Shown: in pieces, positions 7,648-14,660 of the stretch
How the letters are laid out: each line of letters opens with the position of its first letter
Numbering within the stretch: the first letter of the stretch is position 1
IMG/VR virus record: IMGVR_UViG_3300030397_000597
Location: 1 to 38,296 of that record
Reading direction: 5' to 3' (one strand)
Length of the DNA stretch: 38,296 bases
DNA from: a virus
Position numbers and translations under genes: made by a program
The notes under the pieces: generated by a model
The model's database searches: none
The model's input: only the letters and a program-made list of their open reading frames with translations
Told to the model about the DNA's origin: nothing

Positions 7648-8163
7648 TTATTCTCCTTTGACTGTGTAAGTTTTGTTTTTATATGAAAATTTTGCCCCTT
7701 TAAGGTCTGCACCGATGAGGTCTGCACCGATGAGGTCTGCATTTCTGAGGTTTGCACCTCTGAGGTCTGCACCGATGAGGTCTGCATTTCTGAGGTCTGT
7801 ACCGATGAGGTTTGCATTTCTCAGGTATGCACCGATGAGGTCTGCACCGATGAGGTCTGCATTAATAAGGTCTGCATTTCTGAGGTTTGCACCTCTGAGG
7901 TCTGCACCGATGAGGTCTGCACCGATGAGGTCTGCATTTCTGAGGTTTGCACCTCTGAGGTATGCATTTCTCAGGTTTGCACCGATGAGGTCTGCATTTC
8001 TGAGGTTTGCACCTCTGAGGTCTGCATTGCGAAGGTCTGCATTAATAAGGTTTGCATAGCTGAGGTTTGCACCTCTGAGGTCTGCATTGCGAAGGTCTGC
8101 ATTAATAAGGTTTGCATAGCTGAGGTTTGCATTCGGCTCTATTTTGTACCCATTAACAATCAT
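7648..8163 (-). CDS. Pentapeptide-repeat protein (about 30 uninterrupted A(D/N)LXX units)
   Basis: 171 aa: an 11-aa N-terminus, then 30 consecutive pentapeptides (ANLSY ANLIN ADLRN ADLRG ...), then a 10-aa tail. AAAGGAGA SD. This is the classic right-handed quadrilateral beta-helix family (Qnr/MfpA-like). Confidence 0.9.
   Translation of the reverse strand: MIVNGYKIEPNANLSYANLINADLRNADLRGANLSYANLINADLRNADLRGANLRNADLIGANLRNAYLRGANLRNADLIGADLIGADLRGANLRNADLINADLIGADLIGAYLRNANLIGTDLRNADLIGADLRGANLRNADLIGADLIGADLKGAKFSYKNKTYTVKGE
7702..8131. repeat. Tandem 15-bp-period repeat tract underlying the pentapeptide gene, including a perfect 60-bp tandem duplication (8001-8060 = 8061-8120)
   Basis: Read directly: units of the form gaggtYtgcaNNNNN. 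The two 60-bp blocks are identical and are followed by an 11-nt partial third copy. Confidence 0.9.
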
Positions 8164-8164
8164 T

Positions 8165-8350
8165 TTATTCTCCTTTGATGTCTTCTATGAACTGAACAAC
8201 TTCCCACGGGCAGTTTTTTACAATGTGCGTTTCAGATACGGTTGTGTCAAGGTACGGGTTATATGCATTTATGAATATGAACAATCTGTTCTTCGTTGCT
8301 TTTACGATTGTTGCTTTGTTGTCTTCTAAAAGTCCTTTGATCAAGCTCAT
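8165..8350 (-). CDS. Hypothetical early protein (61 aa from ATG 8350)
   Basis: AAGGGGAG SD upstream of ATG 8350. The track start at 8410 is a TTG inside the promoter. Confidence 0.5.
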   Translation of the reverse strand: MSLIKGLLEDNKATIVKATKNRLFIFINAYNPYLDTTVSETHIVKNCPWEVVQFIEDIKGE

Positions 8351-8398
8351 GTTGTCTCCCCTTAAGTTTAATTTGTTGGTTGGTGTTTCGTTATTTAT

Positions 8399-8427
8399 AT
8401 TATACACCAATTAGATGTATGTTTCAA
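8399..8427 (-). promoter_or_regulatory. Sigma70-like promoter (TTGAAA-17 nt-TG-TATAAT)
   Basis: Minus strand reads ccTTGAAAcatacatctaattggTGTATAATataaat. -35 is at 8422-8427 and -10 at 8399-8404. It lies at the 3' end of, and just downstream of, 8411..8923. Confidence 0.5.
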
Positions 8428-8923
8428 GGGGTAAGTTGAGTTTTTTCAAAGTTTTTTTCGGGGAGTCGGACAGAACAATTGTTTTGTGTTGCGGGTCGTT
8501 GAGGACGGCTTTGACTTCGGTGATGTCGACTTGTATTTCAGGAGAGTCGTCATTCGGTGTGAATCGGTATGTGTACTTTTCGATAATTTTGATTGAACAA
8601 TGTCTCACGATTTTGTTTTTATCAATTACGTTGATTCTGTCTTTATACCAGGGGGGTGCCCAATGGGCAATAAACTGTGCTCGGAGCTTTTGTCCGGGAT
8701 CAGGGCATATAGTGGACTCAGGAAAAAGAAATATTCTGCGTAGTGAAGGGTCTATTTTCTTTACCTTATATATAGAGAAGCGGGTTTCTCCTATGTAGTA
8801 TTCTCTGGCATGAATCTTCCCGACCGGACCTTTTACACGGTCGTACAGCCCGAACAACTCCACATTATCGTAGCTCTCTACGGTGAATCTGGTAAGGTGG
8901 TATCTGATTTCTTTTATGGTCAT
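8411..8923 (-). CDS. First leftward early gene, hypothetical (170 aa)
   Basis: AAAGGGGAAG SD. It is the first ORF downstream of the leftward promoter at 8974-9001. No domain recognised. Confidence 0.6.
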   Translation of the reverse strand: MTIKEIRYHLTRFTVESYDNVELFGLYDRVKGPVGKIHAREYYIGETRFSIYKVKKIDPSLRRIFLFPESTICPDPGQKLRAQFIAHWAPPWYKDRINVIDKNKIVRHCSIKIIEKYTYRFTPNDDSPEIQVDITEVKAVLNDPQHKTIVLSDSPKKTLKKLNLPLETYI

Positions 8924-8973
8924 TATCTTCCCCTTTAATATTTAAAAGCCTACTTTTTTGGGTTTTTATATAT

Positions 8974-9001
8974 AATATACAGCTTAAATACATATTTTCA
9001 A
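8974..9001 (-). promoter_or_regulatory. Leftward early promoter (TTGAAA-16 nt-TG-TATATT)
   Basis: Minus strand reads gcTTGAAAatatgtatttaagcTGTATATTatatat, about 45 nt upstream of the SD and ATG of 8411..8923. Confidence 0.5.
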
Positions 9002-9038
9002 GCACGAGTTGGAAAAATTTCGGCTAAGGAGGGTGAAA

Positions 9039-9221
9039 ATGTCACGATGGCAGGTGGGGGGTCTGGCGATGGTGACATGGCGACATGGCTTATCGAGATA
9101 TTTGCATCTAGCTGCAAATGAACAAGTTGTAAATGTATATAAAAAGGGGTGTGGTCTCTCGTGTCGCAAGTTTTCACAAAAAAGTGTATGCAACGAAGTC
9201 ATGCAACATAAAAAAATGTAA
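9039..9221 (+). CDS. Doubtful 60-aa basic ORF inside the control region
   Basis: Perfect AAGGAGG (9026-9032) 6 nt upstream of ATG 9039. However, the ORF overlaps inverted repeats, a palindrome and iterons, and it has no recognisable fold. Confidence 0.25.
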   Translation: MSRWQVGGLAMVTWRHGLSRYLHLAANEQVVNVYKKGCGLSCRKFSQKSVCNEVMQHKKM

Positions 9222-9601
9222 ATCGAAATTCACTCTTAATAGCTGAATATCAGGGGGTTACATTAGTTGTAAAAACTTGTTGCTTCGGTTCGTTGCATGC
9301 AACGGGACGGGTCAGATTTATGCAACATGTTTGGGGCTGATTTATGCAACGGGGCGTGCAACACGTTCACAAGTGGTTCCGCTTGAACAATTTATGGAGG
9401 GGGTATGTGTTTAGTGGATTTTTTCTCTGTTTCCGTTTTGATAAGAGTTAACCGGAATTATTTCCGTTTGTCGTGTTGCATGTCGTGTTGCACAGAAACA
9501 TGCAACAAATCGTTGTCATGACATGAGCGGAAGTGTGTTGTAAGCCGTTGAACAATAATGAACAGGTGCAGATTTTGGGTTTTGTCATGTCGCCATGTCA
9601 C
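9072..9601. promoter_or_regulatory. Iteron/palindrome-rich control region, candidate origin of replication and/or operator array
   Basis: Ten copies of [A/G]TGCAAC: plus strand at 9188, 9201, 9297, 9320, 9344, 9356 and 9500; minus strand at 9292-9298, 9475-9481 and 9487-9493. Perfect 12-bp palindrome GTTGCATGCAAC at 9292-9303. GATTTATGCAAC twice at 24-bp spacing (9315, 9339). GTCGTGTTGCA twice in tandem (9470, 9482). The region is bounded by the 16-bp inverted repeat GTGACATGGCGACATG (9072-9087) / CATGTCGCCATGTCAC (9586-9601). Confidence 0.6.
9100..9119. promoter_or_regulatory. 20-bp near-perfect palindrome (operator-like)
   Basis: ATTTGCATCT|AGCTGCAAAT pairs at 9 of 10 positions and contains the TGCAA core shared with the iterons. 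Confidence 0.45.
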
Positions 9602-9999
9602 GTTCCTTTCTTGCTATACGTGGGCTAGGTAAAATGCGTGTTTTGGGGTTTTAGCTGCTAAAATTTTGATTAAGCCCTTTACGCCTACACGCGTATATAT
9701 GTGATCGATTTGGGGGAGGTGAGATTGGGGGGCCAAAAACAATAAAATAAGACCCTATATAAATTTAGCTCCTGATATGGTGCACCTACGCGAGGCAATC
9801 ACAAATTGTTCAGGTTAAATACTTTACAGAACATTTATGAAGCACTTAAATCTCACTACCTCAAAAACATCTCGCCATTTGTGCTTAACCTGGGTATGGG
9901 GTATTTATAAACATTTAAAACTCAACCATTTACAAAAATCGTATAGCCTAAGCACAATTCAGCTACTTGACAACGTGCAGATCAGGAGTATTTTAACTT

Positions 10000-10401
10000 A
10001 TGACTTTAGACCCGAAAACTCTCAAACAGATCGAGGACGCAGCTCAGCGCATGGTCCCGAAAGTATACATTGCTTCGTTGGTTGGGATGAACGCAACCCA
10101 GTTCAACAAAGCGATGAAGAAGGACACACAGCTTGCTCAGGCTTTCTATGGAGGCAGAGCTAAACGGCATGGAGCAACGCAGAGCATGTTCGACGACCTG
10201 ATGAGAACTACTCTTGACGACGGAGTCAAGCTGAAAGGTTTGATATACGAGCTTGATAAGCATGAAGCTTGTGAAGAGGAGAGTTCGGATGATGCAGTAG
10301 ACGAAGCTAACTACAACATCACAGTCAACGTGGGTAAAAAGAGAAGCGGGAAACCCAAAGCCAAGAGCAAAAAGAATGAAGATACCAAATCGATTTTATG
10401 A
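10000..10401 (+). CDS. HTH protein, small-terminase-like or late regulator
   Basis: First gene of the rightward arm. 'YIASLVGMNATQFNKAMKKDTQLAQAFYGGRAK' matches the HTH pattern common in phage TerS/gp3-like proteins. Basic C-terminus ending in 'KSIL'. AGGAG lies 11 nt upstream. Confidence 0.35.
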   Translation: MTLDPKTLKQIEDAAQRMVPKVYIASLVGMNATQFNKAMKKDTQLAQAFYGGRAKRHGATQSMFDDLMRTTLDDGVKLKGLIYELDKHEACEEESSDDAVDEANYNITVNVGKKRSGKPKAKSKKNEDTKSIL

Positions 10402-10579
10402 ACTCATGATTGTTCAGGGGAGAAGTTTAAGGCGTAAAGACTGGCCTGACGCAGAGTACATTTACTTCGACCAGTCACGAAATCACATACGGCGGAGATT
10501 GTTCAAAGACCATACAATTTTCTGGGTACCGAACCAAAACGACCTGATATACGAAAACTGGGAATTAATTGAAATTTGA
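10376..10579 (+). CDS. DUF2829 (MW1434/Tad2-like) small protein
   Basis: 67 aa. 'GRSLRRKDWPDAEYIYF' and the C-terminal 'WVPNQNDLIYENWELIE' match the two conserved blocks I recall for DUF2829 (G-k-v-R-x-x-W ... W-x-P-x-x-x-D-L-l-a-x-D-W-e). Confidence 0.45.
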   Translation: MKIPNRFYELMIVQGRSLRRKDWPDAEYIYFDQSRNHIRRRLFKDHTIFWVPNQNDLIYENWELIEI

Positions 10580-10611
10580 AGGGCGAAAACGTAAAATAAG
10601 GCAGAATATCA

Positions 10612-13600
10612 ATGGGTACCAAAACAGATATTTCTATAGGCTCCAAATCTATAAGAGTCGATTCAACCGGTAAAAGCTATGAATTGGTCGGTGACTTAGA
10701 GACTCCCGCAAACAATACAGTTTACGGCGTTGATGCAGGCGGCGTGAAAGGTTGGAAACCAGATCCGTCAGGTGGTGGAGGCGGAGGATCGGGTTCTGTT
10801 AACAGCACACTTACTTCTGCCCATGCTAATATTCAGGATGCTGTTGCCGACGCACAGGCCAACAACAGACCTATTCAGGTTGATTCCCTTATGGTTGTTG
10901 ACGTTCCGTCTACTCAATTGAGAGATATAGCCAGCTTCAGCGACGGTTCCACATCATTTAATCCGGATGCAGGAAATTACATTGACCCAGACACAGGTCA
11001 ACCTATCGATCTTACCAGAACACTTCCGATAAATGCCGCTCCGGCCCCCGACACTTTCAAAGGAAACGAATTGATCGATCGGAATACCACGTTCACTTTG
11101 AATTCAGGCTTCCCGATACTTGATCTCGGACTTGATGAAGACGGCGTCCAGATAGTAGAGTTCGTCTCCACAAACCACGACATATCAGTCGGTTGGTCTG
11201 TAAGGATTTCTGGTGTAGATGCTTACTATGACGGGGTTTACGAAACAGCATTAGACACTAACCCAGGGTTTACAGATCACAGAAACCGTTTCGCTATAAA
11301 GCTCGGTAAGCCGTTTGTTGCGGCCAGTGTTGCAGGTGGAGCCACGGTAACGGTAAGGTTCGTCGGGATACCGGTAGACGGTCAGAACTACAAAGAACGT
11401 GACCCGATTGTTATAGCCGGTACAGGGACATCGTGGGACGGCAACCACGAAACGCATAAAACTACAATAGCATCGAAGAACGAAGTCATAATCATCGGCG
11501 ACTATTCACCTCAAACCTTCGTATCAGGGACAATTGCTCGGCGGTATGTAGCGATCCCGGCTACAGCTCACGGTCTCACCAACAGGCGGTTATCCTGTAC
11601 AATTTCAGGTCATGCAAACCCGAACTACAACGGTGATTTCGAGTTCGAGACTCAAGGGGACGATTTTGTTGATAATGATTATCTCACGATCAGTGCTGTA
11701 GATGATGGTTCAGCATGGACCGGTGCAGAAGTCATAACCCTGCATATAACCAACGTCAACCTTGTTCTGACAAACGGAGGTAATCCCGGTGCCCAGACGA
11801 TGATACGGAATTCAGCGTATTACAGCGGACGTTACGTTCTTCAGGATGGTACTACAGCCTCGGTTAAGAAGATCAACAAGCTTTATTCCGCTGAGGTCCC
11901 GTTGCCGGAGACAAAGTTATGGAGCGGTTCGTACATAATCCCGGACGACGTGTCGATATTCTTCCTTAACAAGAACTACTGGCTTATTTTCAAAGATAAC
12001 GCAGAAATAATTATCGACGCACCGATCCTCGCAGGAAACCAGAAGATCTTCGCAATGGAGACCGATACAAACATATTGTTCCAGAAAGCGAAGATTAATC
12101 TTCGTAACGGGATGAATTCCAACATTATGCATTGGGGTGCAGTAACGGCAGGGTTCGGTAACAGAGATTTTGCGAGACCTAACACTACAGCATTTGCTCA
12201 TGCGTGGGATACGGCGATAACAAGTGCGGGTTCGTTGGAGATCCCGGCAGGTGTCTTTTATATGTACACTATTGAGCCGTTTTGGAACGTGAACGAGCCG
12301 ACTACCAACGATATTTTCGGTCACGGTAACAGTAGCTCATGGCTGGTAGCGGGACGTAACTGTAACGATTCAATAATTTTCCATACAGCGCAGCAGCATC
12401 ACAATTATGATGTTCGAGATCTTGCATTTGACGGAGACCAGAACGCTAATGAAGGGACTCTTGAAGATCATCCGTTATGTGCATGGTGGGGGTACAACTA
12501 TTCATTTACCAACATCCATCAACGGGATACAGCAGGTAACGGATTCCACTACCGTTCAGGACAGTCTAACTCTTTGAGATTGTTCAATACGGAATGTGAA
12601 CAGAACGATTTCGGTGTCGGTTGTACCATCGTCGGTGTTAACAATGTTGATTTTTTCGGATGCTCGTTCGAGCAGAACGTTATAGGTGTTCGCTGCATGC
12701 CCAACGCAGCTAATGTGGATTTCAGCCGTCCAAGTTCTCTCAATATGATAATGATCGGTGGTTACGCTGAAGCAAATGATAATGACTACACTTACGAAGG
12801 TGTACGTAACATTGAAATGAAGAACTGTAAGCATTCGGCTGCCGGTACCGGGACGGTTTTTACCGACTGGAACGGGATCGGTTGTTTCAACATTAAAACA
12901 GATGCAGGTCCGAGTGATGGTCACCGTACAACTGTTGAAGCTTTAACGCGAGGCGTTTTTCAGGAAGTGCCGGTCTATGCTTCAGCAGGTAATTATGAAA
13001 TAACCGATCTTAGCGGAACTACAGTCATTTCACGTTCAGGGCTTAATCCGTTCGAGATCATCAATACGAACGAGATAACGAACCTTGAGACAGGTAAAGG
13101 CGGCTTTTATCTGGACTACAGCCATCCGGCATCGGTCGGAAGTGCCAGTGTCAATTCTCCATGGGGTAACGGGTTTGAGAAATGGAGAGGATCGACGGTT
13201 TATCCCGACGAATTGGCATTTGTTCGGTTCGGTTCGGTCTTAAACTCTACGCGGTTCGAAGCGACACAGAACGGCCAAAACCTGTACACCGCTAATCAGG
13301 ACCTACCGGCAGATACTTACTATTACCGGTTCTTGTTCAATACCAGTCCTTTATGGAGAATCCAGTTACAGGTCTTTGACATCAACAATCTGGTTTATTA
13401 CAACTGGAACATGAAGACCTGGGACAGTGCTACGGTAGAAAACCAGAACAGGTTCTTCATACCGACATACGGCAGACCCGAGTTTGTTCAGGTGCCGATT
13501 GAGATTGATGTCCTACGCCGACCAAGATTAACGTTCGTCTATACAAACGACAATACTCCTAAGAAATCGTTCGTGATGGAGTACATCATGCTTACGGATA

Positions 13601-13950
13601 ACCCTACCCAGGGACTTGTTCATGTTCGCGGTGGAAACGTAACACATACCGGTTTCATTAACCAGGCTTTATCGTTAACAGCTACAGCGGATTTCCAGAT
13701 GTTGAGTCTGCACCGAACAGTTAATGTTGATACCAACGGCGGTAATATACAGGTTACTCTTCCGGTTCAACCGGCCCCGGGAGAAAGGCATCGTGTCACC
13801 CGTACAGCGGGAACAACGAACGCTATCAACGTCAGCGGTGGTGCAGGCCGGTTAATTAACGGGTCCAGTCCTTACGTCATGCCTCTGGCTCTTTATTCTA
13901 CCCAGGAGTTCGAGTATGATCTTGGAACAAACGAATGGATACTGATCTGA
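10612..13950 (+). CDS. Tailspike / tail fibre with right-handed beta-helix (pectate-lyase-like depolymerase) domain
   Basis: 1112 aa. N-terminal ~55-aa module followed by a 'GGGGGGSGS' linker. Central 'RDLAFDGDQNANEG...NGFHYRSGQSNSLRLFNTECEQNDFGVGCTIVGVNNVDFFGCSFEQNVIGVRC' looks like parallel beta-helix repeats. Confidence 0.7.
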   Translation: MGTKTDISIGSKSIRVDSTGKSYELVGDLETPANNTVYGVDAGGVKGWKPDPSGGGGGGSGSVNSTLTSAHANIQDAVADAQANNRPIQVDSLMVVDVPSTQLRDIASFSDGSTSFNPDAGNYIDPDTGQPIDLTRTLPINAAPAPDTFKGNELIDRNTTFTLNSGFPILDLGLDEDGVQIVEFVSTNHDISVGWSVRISGVDAYYDGVYETALDTNPGFTDHRNRFAIKLGKPFVAASVAGGATVTVRFVGIPVDGQNYKERDPIVIAGTGTSWDGNHETHKTTIASKNEVIIIGDYSPQTFVSGTIARRYVAIPATAHGLTNRRLSCTISGHANPNYNGDFEFETQGDDFVDNDYLTISAVDDGSAWTGAEVITLHITNVNLVLTNGGNPGAQTMIRNSAYYSGRYVLQDGTTASVKKINKLYSAEVPLPETKLWSGSYIIPDDVSIFFLNKNYWLIFKDNAEIIIDAPILAGNQKIFAMETDTNILFQKAKINLRNGMNSNIMHWGAVTAGFGNRDFARPNTTAFAHAWDTAITSAGSLEIPAGVFYMYTIEPFWNVNEPTTNDIFGHGNSSSWLVAGRNCNDSIIFHTAQQHHNYDVRDLAFDGDQNANEGTLEDHPLCAWWGYNYSFTNIHQRDTAGNGFHYRSGQSNSLRLFNTECEQNDFGVGCTIVGVNNVDFFGCSFEQNVIGVRCMPNAANVDFSRPSSLNMIMIGGYAEANDNDYTYEGVRNIEMKNCKHSAAGTGTVFTDWNGIGCFNIKTDAGPSDGHRTTVEALTRGVFQEVPVYASAGNYEITDLSGTTVISRSGLNPFEIINTNEITNLETGKGGFYLDYSHPASVGSASVNSPWGNGFEKWRGSTVYPDELAFVRFGSVLNSTRFEATQNGQNLYTANQDLPADTYYYRFLFNTSPLWRIQLQVFDINNLVYYNWNMKTWDSATVENQNRFFIPTYGRPEFVQVPIEIDVLRRPRLTFVYTNDNTPKKSFVMEYIMLTDNPTQGLVHVRGGNVTHTGFINQALSLTATADFQMLSLHRTVNVDTNGGNIQVTLPVQPAPGERHRVTRTAGTTNAINVSGGAGRLINGSSPYVMPLALYSTQEFEYDLGTNEWILI

Positions 13951-14008
13951 TGAGCAGGCAGATTGATGATGAAGAATACGACTATTTACGATCTTTGGAG
14001 ATAGAAGA

Positions 14009-14215
14009 ATGACACAGGAAGAACGGCAGAAGAAGAGAATCGGGATACTTAAGGCAAGGATGAAGAACTGTATCAGTGCTTTGGAAAACCCGCGTGAGGA
14101 ACTTGATGAGAAGCAGAGGGAGAAGATTACTGCGGCAGCCAACCGGATGAAGGAGAGATGTAATTTGATCAATAATAAACTGAGGCAGACGAAAAGGGCA
14201 GCGAGAAAGAAATGA
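14009..14215 (+). CDS. Small basic coiled-coil protein (68 aa)
   Basis: Lys/Arg/Glu-rich helical sequence with ATGA overlaps on both sides. A TerS-like role is possible but unsupported. Confidence 0.5.
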   Translation: MTQEERQKKRIGILKARMKNCISALENPREELDEKQREKITAAANRMKERCNLINNKLRQTKRAARKK

Positions 14216-14499
14216 AAACATTACATAACTCAACAATAAGTTCAGCTCGTAAAAATGTTAAAGATATAAAAATATTCGGTAACGGGGACACTTTTAAGCT
14301 TATTTGTAAAGCTTCAAGTGATTCTGAAGGATGGATGAAATCCACAAAAGCTATGCAGATTGATGGCGTGGGTTGCGTAATTCAAGTTACCACCCAGCAA
14401 GGGGAACAGGTAGCAGAAGCCTTGACATTTGTTCCAGGAGTTAGAATTGAAGTAATAGATGGAAATAAAGTTAACGGGCGAAAGATAGTAAAAATATGA
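14212..14499 (+). CDS. Small protein, paralog A of a duplicated pair
   Basis: 'GDTFKLICKASSDSEGWMKSTKAMQIDGVGCVIQVTT...TFVPGVRIEVI' aligns with 14657..14950. Confidence 0.65.
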   Translation: MKTLHNSTISSARKNVKDIKIFGNGDTFKLICKASSDSEGWMKSTKAMQIDGVGCVIQVTTQQGEQVAEALTFVPGVRIEVIDGNKVNGRKIVKI

Positions 14500-14660
14500 C
14501 AAATCCCGAAGAAACAGTGATAATAGCAAAGTGGCTGAAGGAGTTCTCGGATAAGATCGGTAAGCAGATTGATATAAGAGGCAATAAACTTATACCTTTG
14601 GCGGCTTTGAAAAACATACTGGATTCAGAATTAGAGGAGTTGTTCGATGGAGACTGATGA
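14496..14660 (+). CDS. 54-aa ORF between the paralogs (not in ORF track)
   Basis: Hand-translated as MTNPEETVIIAKWLKEFSDKIGKQIDIRGNKLIPLAALKNILDSELEELFDGD. ATGA overlaps at both ends fill the otherwise non-coding gap. Confidence 0.5.

Noticed and set aside
7596-8059. ORFs 7596..7817 (-) and 7673..8059 (+), with products such as 'MQTSSVQTSE...' and 'APMRSAPMRSA...'
   Set aside because: They are alternative-frame and antisense readings of the 15-bp-period pentapeptide repeat tract. Any frame of such a repeat stays open. Only the A(D/N)LXX frame has an SD and a known fold.
7702-8131. Possible CRISPR array or non-coding satellite, because of regularly spaced short repeats
   Set aside because: There are no unique spacers. 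The units are contiguous at a 15-bp period and lie in frame within a well-supported pentapeptide-repeat CDS.
8984-9202. 72-aa minus-strand ORF in the control region
   Set aside because: It lies upstream of the leftward promoter, has no RBS and spans repeats and palindromes. Likely spurious.
9395-9520. 38-aa Cys-rich ORF (MCLVDFFSVSVLIRVNRNYFRLSCCMSCCTETCNKSLS) preceded by GGAGGGGG
   Set aside because: The Cys codons are a by-product of the tandem GTCGTGTTGCA iterons. The SD spacing is only about 3 nt. It is most likely non-coding.
9967-9994. TTGACA-16 nt-TATTTT promoter 5 nt upstream of ATG 10000 (another leaderless candidate)
   Set aside because: The spacer contains AGGAG at a plausible SD distance (11 nt), which contradicts a leaderless start. 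The -10 box is weak. Left as unresolved rather than annotated.
9837-10163. 108-aa plus-strand ORF overlapping the start of 10000..10401
   Set aside because: It is out of frame with the better-supported HTH ORF, has no SD and gives a product with unconvincing composition.
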